Source: Candidatus Nanoarchaeia archaeon (GTDB lineage Archaea; Nanobdellota; Nanobdellia; Woesearchaeales; JAQUVJ01). Taken from it: 63,753 bases of DNA. The notes beneath the pieces are model-generated. The model saw only the letters and a program-made list of their open reading frames with translations, was not told the DNA's origin and ran no database searches. Position 1 is the stretch's first letter. Every line of letters starts with the position of its first letter. The stretch spans positions 1-63,753 of the forward strand of contig JAQUVJ010000002.1 in assembly GCA_028693395.1 (NCBI GenBank), in the 5' to 3' direction. Shown piece by piece: positions 9,392 to 16,400 of this stretch. Both the position numbers and the translations under genes were made by a program.

Positions 9392-10250
9392 ATATTCTCC
9401 CTTTTTTTAAAATAGTCCATTCTCTTTTTTCTTTTGAATCTTCCGTCCATTTATAATAGCCATAAAAACTATTAATAAGAAAGCCAAGCCACATAAATAC
9501 AATCGGAAGTACCCAAGTAACAGAATTTCTATCATTTAATACAACCAGAATCCACATGAAAATAGTTATAATATTTGTAAGAATCCAAAATATCCATTGT
9601 TGTGAGTATGCCAACGTCATTAGAATCTGACCAATAATCTGTAATACTTCAGTAGATGAATCCAGAATTGGACCAAGTAATGTTATTCCAGTTATTGCTG
9701 TTATACTGGAATATATTGATTCATTTCTTTGCATAATATGAACAAACCAATGATCTACCATAGAAAGAAATATTCCGAATCCAATCAATGCTAGAATAGA
9801 AGTAATTGTAATAATAAATATACCTTGTTTTGTCAATTTTCTAGGCTTGATATATATTCTAGAAAATTTATCCATATGATATTTTTTCCATACAACCCAA
9901 CCAATAAATTGAAATGGCAGAAAAAAGAACCAATTTAAAATCCAATCACCATAATATCCGCTATACCAAGATATTGCTCCATACATAATAGCATTAATTA
10001 TACCCCAGTAGTAATTAGTAATATTTTCTTTTGCTACTAATACTACACATACTATTCCTGTTATAGCAGCTACGGGTGATATAATCCAATTCAATATAAC
10101 ATCAAAAAATGTATCATAAGGAGTTATATATGAAAAATAAAAAGTGGATCCCATAATAAGAGTAGTAATGAAGCCAACCAATATTTTTTCAAATACATTC
10201 CAAGAACTAAAATCCAAAGATTTTTGAATATATTGTATCATTATTTTCAT
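9378..10250 (-). CDS. pnuC: PnuC-like nicotinamide riboside transporter
   Basis: 290 aa, multiple TM helices rich in W/Y (SWYSGYYGDWILNWFFF); overlaps nadR-like gene by 14 nt. Confidence 0.7.
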   Translation of the reverse strand: MKIMIQYIQKSLDFSSWNVFEKILVGFITTLIMGSTFYFSYITPYDTFFDVILNWIISPVAAITGIVCVVLVAKENITNYYWGIINAIMYGAISWYSGYYGDWILNWFFFLPFQFIGWVVWKKYHMDKFSRIYIKPRKLTKQGIFIITITSILALIGFGIFLSMVDHWFVHIMQRNESIYSSITAITGITLLGPILDSSTEVLQIIGQILMTLAYSQQWIFWILTNIITIFMWILVVLNDRNSVTWVLPIVFMWLGFLINSFYGYYKWTEDSKEKREWTILKKGRIYDEQ

Positions 10251-10280
10251 CTTCTTCCATTTTCACTATTTAATATATCC

Positions 10281-10309
10281 ATTATACACTATGTCATTAA
10301 ATAAGTCAA
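10281..10309 (-). promoter_or_regulatory. sigma70-type promoter for pnuC-nadR
   Basis: Minus strand TTGACT-17 nt-TATAAT. Confidence 0.65.
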
Positions 10310-10364
10310 TGGACAATATTAAACTAGCAATTCAAACAATATAAGAATTTTTAGAATATGATTA

Positions 10365-10436
10365 AAAACTATTCACCACCCGGGCCGACAGTACGAGAAT
10401 TATCTGATTATTAAAAAACTATTCACCACCCGGGCC
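10365..10436 (+). repeat. tandem 50-bp duplication carrying two CCACCCGGGCC boxes
   Basis: AAAAACTATTCACCACCCGGGCC at 10365-10386 and 10415-10436. Confidence 0.85.
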
Positions 10437-10786
10437 AGCTTGGATTTTTATACAGAATATTCAGATAATAAATTACAATCTATTTATGAAAATGATGGCG
10501 ACGGAAAGACCAAGGTATGGATTGAAACATCGTTGGAGATAGCTCTAGAATGGCTTGTATCACATTATCCGTATCGATAAGGTAGTTCGATATGCTTCAC
10601 TGGTCAAGAACGATTCTGGGTCATTTTAGAGGTATGCGACTGAAAATTCCATAAAATCATTTCTATCATCCTTATAAAGCTCATGTCGTCGGATATAGCT
10701 CTAAAATCAACGCAGAGCTATATCCAGATGAAAGGTAATCTGATACGTCCTAATACAAGAAAATCATTCTACAAGTGTTTTAGAAT
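10437..10786. other. G+C-enriched ORF-free element bracketed by inverted CCACCCGGGCC boxes
   Basis: Boxes 10426-10436 and 10787-10797 (inverted); internal GGATATAGCTCT/AGAGCTATATCC 12-bp inverted repeat (10691-10725) plus third copy GGAGATAGCTCT (10545-10556). Confidence 0.5.
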
Positions 10787-10802
10787 GGCCCGGGTGGATA
10801 TA

Positions 10803-10842
10803 TGAAAATAAGAAGAGAGCGGCTTTTAGGGCCGCTCTCTTC
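10803..10842 (-). terminator. intrinsic terminator of cassette 1
   Basis: 12-bp stem GAAGAGAGCGGC/GCCGCTCTCTTC then T-rich run on minus strand. Confidence 0.8.
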
Positions 10843-10853
10843 ATTCATATTAG

Positions 10854-11459
10854 TTAGTTTATTGAGAAAAGAATGTCAAATCCGAATCCTTTCAACATGT
10901 CCAGAATCTTAGTGTTGGCGGGAGCATACCAAGCCTTGTTTTCAGGACTATACTTTCTTATCGGAAGAGTTTTGACATTCTGAAGAGTCTCCCTGTCAAA
11001 AGAAAACTCTATTTTCAGATAATTCATGTCATCTTTAGCTGACCGAACAAGAGATACCTTTTTGAATACTTCTTTGACAACAGTCTTTCCATCCTCAACA
11101 ACCTTTTTGGAAAAATCAATTTCAGCAAAATTCTTTATAATGCTCTTGGGTATCCACTGATCGACTTTGACGGCTTCGACCTCATCCCTGATCGTCTTGA
11201 CTTGATCTTCGGTAAGAGTTTCAAGAATGACATCCCTTGTTACCCATGAACCCAAGCATTCCGGCCCAATTCCCAGAAGTTTTGATCCTGGGTGAGTGAG
11301 TTTCCGGCCGCATCTAGCACAACGACCATCTTTGGGAATGATACCATTTCCTTTGACATAAACGGCCTTGTCAGATTCTTTCGTTATAACGCCGTTGATG
11401 TTATAAGGTACGTTCATTGCCCGTGCGATCCTCGTGCTGATAACAAAAATTTGATTCAT
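10854..11459 (-). CDS. DUF6011-motif protein with HARP-like C-terminal region
   Basis: True start ATG 11459 after AAGGGGGA SD (track start 11549 translates the leader); CARCGRKLTHPGSKLLGIGPEC; C-terminal KIEFSFDRETLQNVKTLPIRKYSPENKAWYAP. Confidence 0.6.
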   Translation of the reverse strand: MNQIFVISTRIARAMNVPYNINGVITKESDKAVYVKGNGIIPKDGRCARCGRKLTHPGSKLLGIGPECLGSWVTRDVILETLTEDQVKTIRDEVEAVKVDQWIPKSIIKNFAEIDFSKKVVEDGKTVVKEVFKKVSLVRSAKDDMNYLKIEFSFDRETLQNVKTLPIRKYSPENKAWYAPANTKILDMLKGFGFDILFSIN

Positions 11460-11520
11460 ATTAAAATCCCCCTTGGTAGATTGATGTTTGGTCGGGATTG
11501 CTCTTCCAACCAACAAGGAT

Positions 11521-11549
11521 ATTCTATCACGTATCAATCGATCCGTCAA
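11521..11549 (-). promoter_or_regulatory. cassette promoter P1
   Basis: TTGACG-17 nt-TGA-TAGAAT; member of 15-copy family. Confidence 0.75.
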
Positions 11550-11635
11550 TAGGGAAATATGATGTTTATATTTTCAGATAACTATCAACCACCCGGGCCA
11601 ACTCGGATTTTTATATAGAATATTCAGATAATAAA

Positions 11636-11785
11636 TTACTTTTTCCCAAGTACATCTTTATTGAATTTAATAGCTTTTTTAGCAAGATCATAAGCGGCGG
11701 AGGTATTTTCACCAATTTCCATAAAAAAACTATGCATTCCCACTATGAACATAAACCATAGAACATATGTAATATATTCTCGCAT
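11636..11785 (-). CDS. small membrane protein, 49 aa
   Basis: GAAAGGTGAT RBS; MREYITYVLWFMFIVGMHSFF...; below track cutoff. Confidence 0.45.
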   Translation of the reverse strand: MREYITYVLWFMFIVGMHSFFMEIGENTSAAYDLAKKAIKFNKDVLGKK

Positions 11786-11852
11786 TAGATATCACCTTTC
11801 TAATTTTCATAATATAAAGAGGGGAGTTTTCAAGACTCACCTCTATCGGATT

Positions 11853-12167
11853 TTAGACTATGAAAGTAATTCTCAGAAATTTCAGTTTGGCTCCATCAGG
11901 AAGAGTAGTGCTACCCTCGGCCAGTCTTGGACCGGAATATTGAACCACGAAAAGAGTGTCGTCCATGTCCAGTGTTACCGACTCCCTGTTGAACGTGAAT
12001 CCTTCCCAGGAAGAGGCCAGAGAATCGGCCAGTTCCTTATGACCGATAACACTCTTCGGGCTATTTTTTATAATCTCTTCAAGAGTAACAGTTTCAACAC
12101 TCATGCCGTAGTTGTTTTCCGAAATCATATTGAGAGAAAAAGCGTTGGAAACGAGAGTCTTTGCCAT
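11853..12167 (-). CDS. DUF1874 / AcrIII-1-like viral ring nuclease (candidate anti-type III CRISPR)
   Basis: True start ATG 12167 after AAGGAGGA SD; MAKTLVSNAFSLNM..., VIGHKE (catalytic His context), VVQYSGPRLAEG match STIV B116 / SIRV1 gp29 family. Confidence 0.8.
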   Translation of the reverse strand: MAKTLVSNAFSLNMISENNYGMSVETVTLEEIIKNSPKSVIGHKELADSLASSWEGFTFNRESVTLDMDDTLFVVQYSGPRLAEGSTTLPDGAKLKFLRITFIV

Positions 12168-12237
12168 TGTGAAATCCTCCTTAGAAATTGTATTTTGTCG
12201 GTCGGGTCGCCTGTTCGCTCTTCCAACCAACAAGGAT

Positions 12238-12266
12238 ATTCTATCACGTATCAATCAATCCGTCAA
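12238..12266 (-). promoter_or_regulatory. cassette promoter P2
   Basis: TTGACG-17 nt-TGA-TAGAAT. Confidence 0.75.
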
Positions 12267-12482
12267 GCATTAAAATCGATTTTTTTGATGATTAAATTTT
12301 CAAACAACTCAACATCCTTTCAATTATATAGTCTGCATATCGGTGAAAAAATATTTTATAGATAATTCTGAATAATCTAACCATCGCCGCCCCGGGCCAA
12401 CTCGGATTTTTTTGCAGAATATTCGTATAGATTGAAAGCAATAAAAAAGACAACTCCTTTTAAGAGTTGTCTTTATATTCTA

Positions 12483-12647
12483 TTATATTTCAGTCAATTT
12501 CAGAATATGATCTTCCGGGTTCTCGTTCGGTGCAGTATATTTCAACCATTCAAAAAAGTCTATATCATCGCCGTCGATAATTCCGGTAATAACTTCGTCC
12601 ATATAAAGATCCAGAAAGGGGCCAAACTTTATTATAATCGTTGTCAT
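12483..12647 (-). CDS. acidic mini-protein, 54 aa
   Basis: AAGGGGGA SD; MTTIIIKFGPFLDLYMDEVITGIIDGDDIDFFEWLKYTAPNENPEDHILKLTEI; terminator AAGACAACTC/GAGTTGTCTT follows. Confidence 0.6.
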   Translation of the reverse strand: MTTIIIKFGPFLDLYMDEVITGIIDGDDIDFFEWLKYTAPNENPEDHILKLTEI

Positions 12648-12708
12648 TTAAAAATCCCCCTTAGATATTAGATGTTTGGTCGGGATCGCTCTTCCAACCA
12701 ACAAGGAT

Positions 12709-12737
12709 ATTCTATCACGTATCAATCAATCCGTCAA
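12709..12737 (-). promoter_or_regulatory. cassette promoter P3
   Basis: TTGACG-17 nt-TGA-TAGAAT. Confidence 0.75.
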
Positions 12738-12830
12738 GCATTAAAATCGATTTTTTCTATGATTAAATAGTTAGATAATAGCTAAAATCGTTATTGAAGT
12801 AACCTCGGAAAAAACCTATTTTAGAACACA

Positions 12831-13020
12831 ACCACGTAAAGTCTTGCAAACACTGGATTCTTAGATTTCTTGTGAATAAGATAACATATTTATAAAGCCT
12901 TGCAAACACTAGCTTTTTTATACACGATCACTAATCTCCTATGTGTCGCAACGAAAAATGGATAAATGGTATAAAGCTACACTTGCAATCTAAAACCGCG
13001 ACAGGATTGAAATTAGGAAT
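12831..13020 (+). ncRNA. hairpin element copy a (candidate structured RNA)
   Basis: Two CGTAAAGYCTTGCAAACACTRG motifs then GATCACTAATCTCC...GCGACAGG...AATTAGG hairpin; paralog of 15542-15780 and 17815-18055. Confidence 0.4.
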
Positions 13021-13192
13021 TGTATATATTATTATAAACAATGCGGCCAGGGTGGATAAAATTGTATATGCTTTTAAAACAATTATGATTATATGAAAAT
13101 GATTATAATTGATATATATTCTAAAAAAACGATTATCAACCACCCGGGCCAGCTTGGATTTTTTCACAGAATATTCATACAAATTGAAGATA

Positions 13193-13240
13193 ATAAAAAA
13201 AAGACTGTTTATTTTTCTCGAAATAAACAGTCTGAAAAAA
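13193..13240. terminator. bidirectional intrinsic terminator
   Basis: AGACTGTTTAT/ATAAACAGTCT 11-bp stem between A8 and A-run. Confidence 0.75.
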
Positions 13241-13243
13241 CTA

Positions 13244-13417
13244 TTAAATTGCATATGTCATTTTTTCGGAAATAAGATAACTTGTATTAATACCTGGATA
13301 ATAAAATTCCATCCATTCCAAAAAACTAAAAATAGTCTCATTATCTTCTACTTCTTGAAGCCAATCATGATAATAATAACTATCTTCAAGAATCTGATAT
13401 GAAGAAGAGCTAGGCAT
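13244..13417 (-). CDS. acidic aromatic-rich mini-protein, 57 aa
   Basis: GGGGGG SD overlapping end of upstream ORF; MPSSSSYQILEDSYYYHDWLQEVEDNETIFSFLEWMEFYYPG... Confidence 0.55.
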   Translation of the reverse strand: MPSSSSYQILEDSYYYHDWLQEVEDNETIFSFLEWMEFYYPGINTSYLISEKMTYAI

Positions 13418-13418
13418 A

Positions 13419-13727
13419 TTAAAAACCCCCCTTATAAAGATTAGTCAGATTATTTTCTACAATTCTCTTGAAACGTCTGGCGAGATTACGATTCGCCATA
13501 TAACGACGTTTCACGGGATTGACAGACTTCTCCAATTTTTCTCTCTTTTTGCCCGTCCAATCCTCAGGGCGAACAAACTCACGACGGACCTGATGATTAG
13601 TGAGTTTCTTGTAATAAGAATTGTCAGAAATATCGTCAGTATTCCGAACAATTTTTTTTGTATCAGCTTTCACTTCGATGCCCATTCCGTCCGTAAAAAT
13701 ATAGCTCTTTCGATAAGTATTTGCCAT
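13419..13727 (-). CDS. basic hypothetical protein, 102 aa
   Basis: AAGGAGGG SD, first gene of P4 cassette. Confidence 0.7.
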   Translation of the reverse strand: MANTYRKSYIFTDGMGIEVKADTKKIVRNTDDISDNSYYKKLTNHQVRREFVRPEDWTGKKREKLEKSVNPVKRRYMANRNLARRFKRIVENNLTNLYKGGF

Positions 13728-13799
13728 ATTAAAAACCCTCCTTGAAAGATAGATGTTTGGTCGGGAACGCTTGACTTCGCTCTTCCAACCAACAAGGAT

Positions 13800-13828
13800 A
13801 TTCTACCATGCTTTATCGAATCCGTCAA
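13800..13828 (-). promoter_or_regulatory. cassette promoter P4
   Basis: TTGACG-17 nt-TGG-TAGAAT. Confidence 0.75.
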
Positions 13829-13910
13829 TAGGGAAATATGATGATTAAATTTTCAGATAATTTATATTCTGGATATTATATTCTGTATTCTGTATTCTGT
13901 ATACACAAAC

Positions 13911-14123
13911 GCGGAATAAATAAATTTTTCTTTTTAGGAGTATTGTGCGGAAAATATAAATTTTTATTAGATGGAATATTGTGCGGAAAATAAATTTTTA
14001 TTAGATGGATATTATGCAAAATAAATGAATTTTTATTAGATGGATAATTTATGCGAAATAAATGAATTTTTATTAGATGGGTATTTATGCGAAAAATATA
14101 AATTTTCGTGTTAGAGGTATGAT
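13911..14123 (+). repeat. six tandem 33-37-bp iteron-like repeats
   Basis: GCGRAAAATAAATGAATTTTTATTAGATGGATAWTTAT units head to tail, no spacers. Confidence 0.85.
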
Positions 14124-14139
14124 TAAAAAGATTCTAATC

Positions 14140-14194
14140 TTTTGCGTAACGTAGTGAAGCAAAAGAGTTTTTGCGTAACGCAGTGAAGCAAAAA
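14140..14194 (+). repeat. two tandem hairpin repeats
   Basis: TTTTGCGTAACGYAGTGAAGCAAAA twice (TTTTGC/GCAAAA stems). Confidence 0.8.
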
Positions 14195-14217
14195 CCTGAT
14201 CGGCTAAAATATTTTTG

Positions 14218-14354
14218 GTCGGCGCAATATATTTTCCTCCAAACTCTTTTTTAACGACTTATATTTTTTCAAACTATTTATAATTATTCAAACTATTTAT
14301 AATTTTTAAAGGCTAAGTACTTTTAACTTTATCATCTTTTTCTATTTTTACTAA
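14218..14354 (+). repeat. long direct repeat, copy 1
   Basis: GTCGGCGCAATATATTTTCCTCCAAACTCTTTTTTAACGACTTATATTTTTT... about 90 percent identical to 14580-14696. Confidence 0.85.
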
Positions 14355-14431
14355 TTCGTCAATTCGTAATATAGTTCTTAGGAATCATCTTTTTCGGTTA
14401 AAAGATGAGTCTTAGGAATCATCTTTTAGAC

Positions 14432-14461
14432 TTGACAAACTATACTATAGTATGATATAAT
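14432..14461 (+). promoter_or_regulatory. near-consensus sigma70 promoter with no downstream ORF
   Basis: TTGACA (14432-14437)-18 nt-TGA-TATAAT (14456-14461), points into ORF-free repeat DNA. Confidence 0.6.
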
Positions 14462-14579
14462 AATTAAAAAAAAACTTTTATTTTAGGAATATTTTTAGAA
14501 ATGCATTCAGAAGGTATGATATGAAATTTTTATAATCGTTCTCAAAATATAAAAATTGCGTCGACCAAAAATTTATCCA

Positions 14580-14696
14580 GTCGGCGCAATATATTTTCCT
14601 CCAAACTCTTTTTTAACGACTTATATTTTTTAAACTATTTATAAAATTTTAAAGGCAAGTACTTTTAACTTTATCATCTTTTTCTATTTTCACTAA
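14580..14696 (+). repeat. long direct repeat, copy 2
   Basis: Paralog of 14218-14354; followed by AATTCCTAAGA/TCTTAGGAATT 11-bp hairpin. Confidence 0.85.
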
Positions 14697-14773
14697 ATTA
14701 TACATAATTCCTAAGATTCATTTTTATATGAGTCTTAGGAATTATTTTATGAACAAAAATATTTCAGAAAATT

Positions 14774-14932
14774 TTAGCTATTATCAATCATATCTTGAGT
14801 ATAAAATGTCTTGCTAGTTTCATAATCACATTCCATACAAAATACTTTGACTGTTATGGAATTTTCTTCAGGATTAGCACAATAATCAAAATCTGTTTCT
14901 TTTCCGCATACAGGACAAAAAACACTATTCAC
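14774..14932 (-). CDS. zinc-ribbon mini-protein, 52 aa
   Basis: GAAAGGAG RBS, GTG start; CPVC...CMEC. Confidence 0.5.
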   Translation of the reverse strand: MNSVFCPVCGKETDFDYCANPEENSITVKVFCMECDYETSKTFYTQDMIDNS

Positions 14933-14956
14933 TACACAACACTCCTTTCAAAATAT

Positions 14957-14988
14957 AAAGAGGGAATTTTTTAGATAATTCCCTCTTT
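14957..14988 (-). terminator. intrinsic terminator
   Basis: AAAGAGGGAATT/AATTCCCTCTTT 12-bp stem. Confidence 0.7.
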
Positions 14989-14999
14989 CATATAAATTT

Positions 15000-15368
15000 C
15001 TATTCCTTGTTCAGTTCAATAGAATTGTAAGTATTATTTATGTCATTCAGATATCGAAGAATATTTGTTGCTTCTTTTGTATTCTTCTTTGTATTAGCAT
15101 CCAAAATAACTATTGGTATCATAATATCATTCTGAGCAACAATTCCCATGTCCCAGAGAGTATAAAGAGTAGTCAATTCCGAACCGTAATTCATTGACCA
15201 CAAAACCCCTTCTATTTCCGAAAAATGAAATACGACTGGTGAGTTCTTGTTGTCCAAAACAAATCTTTCAAACTTCTTGTTAATTTTGCAATCCAAATCC
15301 GTTTTAATGTCACCCTTTTTAATCATACTAGCTAAAGTACCGATGTTTAGAACCTTCGTCTTCATCAT
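15000..15368 (-). CDS. hypothetical protein, 122 aa
   Basis: AAGGGGGA SD 9 nt before ATG; P5 cassette. Confidence 0.7.
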   Translation of the reverse strand: MMKTKVLNIGTLASMIKKGDIKTDLDCKINKKFERFVLDNKNSPVVFHFSEIEGVLWSMNYGSELTTLYTLWDMGIVAQNDIMIPIVILDANTKKNTKEATNILRYLNDINNTYNSIELNKE

Positions 15369-15435
15369 CTGTGAAAATCCCCCTTATAAAGATATTTTGT
15401 CAGTCGGATCGTTTACTCTTCCCTCCGACTGCTAT

Positions 15436-15464
15436 ATATTATCACGGTTTTTTCAATCCGTCAA
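15436..15464 (-). promoter_or_regulatory. cassette promoter P5 (variant)
   Basis: TTGACG-17 nt-TGA-TAATAT; leader hairpin CAGTCGGA/TCCGACTG. Confidence 0.7.
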
Positions 15465-15541
15465 GTAGTATTTTTCATGATTAAATATTCTGATAAATAA
15501 AAACGTCGTATTGACCAAGGAAAATCGTTAATTTTTCAATG

Positions 15542-15780
15542 ACCACGTAAAGCCTTGCAAATACTGGGTTTTTATATTTCTTGTGAATGAAATATCAAAC
15601 TCGTAAACTGTTGCTACGACTACATTTTTTCTATACGATCACTAATCTCTTCTGTATCGGTCTGTTTTTCCATAAAACAGTATAACTGCACACGTCTAAA
15701 ATTTTCATTGCGACACAGAGGAGATTAGTAATGTTTAGACCGCTCTAACATTTATAAACTGTTGATATTACTGGATTTTT
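15542..15780 (+). ncRNA. hairpin element copy b (candidate structured RNA)
   Basis: 15-bp stem ACTAATCTCTTCTGT (15641-15655) / ACAGAGGAGATTAGT (15715-15729) with one U-G pair valid only on plus-strand RNA; flanked by three TTGCAA-type 22-mers. Confidence 0.45.
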
Positions 15781-15875
15781 CAAGTCGATAAATTCTAAAA
15801 AACATCATGCTAAAAAATCTCATTGACCCCCTGGCCTTCCCGAAGAATGCAGAATATTCCGTCATGTAGAATATA

Positions 15876-15912
15876 ATAAAAAAGACGGCTCTTTTATGGG
15901 AGTCGTCTTTAT
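15876..15912 (-). terminator. intrinsic terminator
   Basis: AAGACGGCTC/GAGTCGTCTT stem with flanking A/T runs. Confidence 0.65.
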
Positions 15913-15920
15913 ATTTTTAA

Positions 15921-16325
15921 TTAAAGAGTAATTTCAGCCATTTCGGGAATTTCAACCCTTACCTTCCTCGGTCTGCCTCTAGGTCTCTTTTCAGCCACCG
16001 GAGCATTCGGATCCACAGGCTTCCTCGGTCTACCTCTAGGTCTCTTCTCAGCCACAGGTGCATTCGGATCAATCATCTTCTTTGGTCTCCCCCTTCCTCT
16101 CTTTTCTACTACAAGAAACCCGCTATCAACCAATGTATTGACAAAATCAATTACATTCGGCATATTCAGAGTTGTAGCAATATTCTCAACAACTACCCCC
16201 TCGTCCTTTGGAACACTGAAAAATACCGCCTTGAAATTCTCGTCCTTATTAAAACGAGCATTTTGAATAAGATTGAAAGTATTCGCCTTATTTCCTCTCT
16301 TCACTACTGCCTTTACGTTCATCAT
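15921..16325 (-). CDS. AT-hook repeat DNA-binding protein
   Basis: Start ATG 16325 after AAGGAGG; three RGRP AT-hook cores (KRGRGRPKK, KRPRGRPRK twice) in tandem PVAEKRPRGRPRKxVDPNA repeats. Confidence 0.7.
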   Translation of the reverse strand: MMNVKAVVKRGNKANTFNLIQNARFNKDENFKAVFFSVPKDEGVVVENIATTLNMPNVIDFVNTLVDSGFLVVEKRGRGRPKKMIDPNAPVAEKRPRGRPRKPVDPNAPVAEKRPRGRPRKVRVEIPEMAEITL

Positions 16326-16400
16326 CACCATTACCTCCTTGAATTTTAATTTCTTTTCAATTTCTTTATGATTATATCTTATCATAAAGAAATTCGTTTG

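Noticed and set aside
11460-11549. N-terminal extensions in the ORF track such as MTDRLIRDRISLLVGR, MIRDRISLLVGR, MVEYPCWL and MIEYPCWL, which look like a conserved protein motif
   Set aside because: They are translations of the conserved promoter and leader DNA. In every case a strong SD (AAGGGGGA/AAGGAGG) followed by an ATG lies downstream, and the shared peptide spans the -10 box. I moved the starts to 11459, 12167, 17298, 20178, 23870 and 25872.
11745-12365. Plus-strand ORFs overlapping cassette genes (11292..11552, 11745..12365, 12432..12671, 13093..13402, 15247..15468, 16368..16649, 16700..16903, 17182..17424, 18486..18713, 20057..20239, 21664..21969, 22604..22795, 26092..26310) and the minus-strand ORFs 12931..13254, 18455..18652 and 18826..19023
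   Set aside because: They run antisense to better-supported genes or cross promoters, repeats, the tRNA or terminators. They lack RBSs and have odd composition. I treat them as spurious.
13911-14123. Possible CRISPR array, given the regular ~36-bp periodicity
   Set aside because: The units are directly tandem with no unique spacers, and no cas genes are present. I call it an iteron-like tandem repeat.
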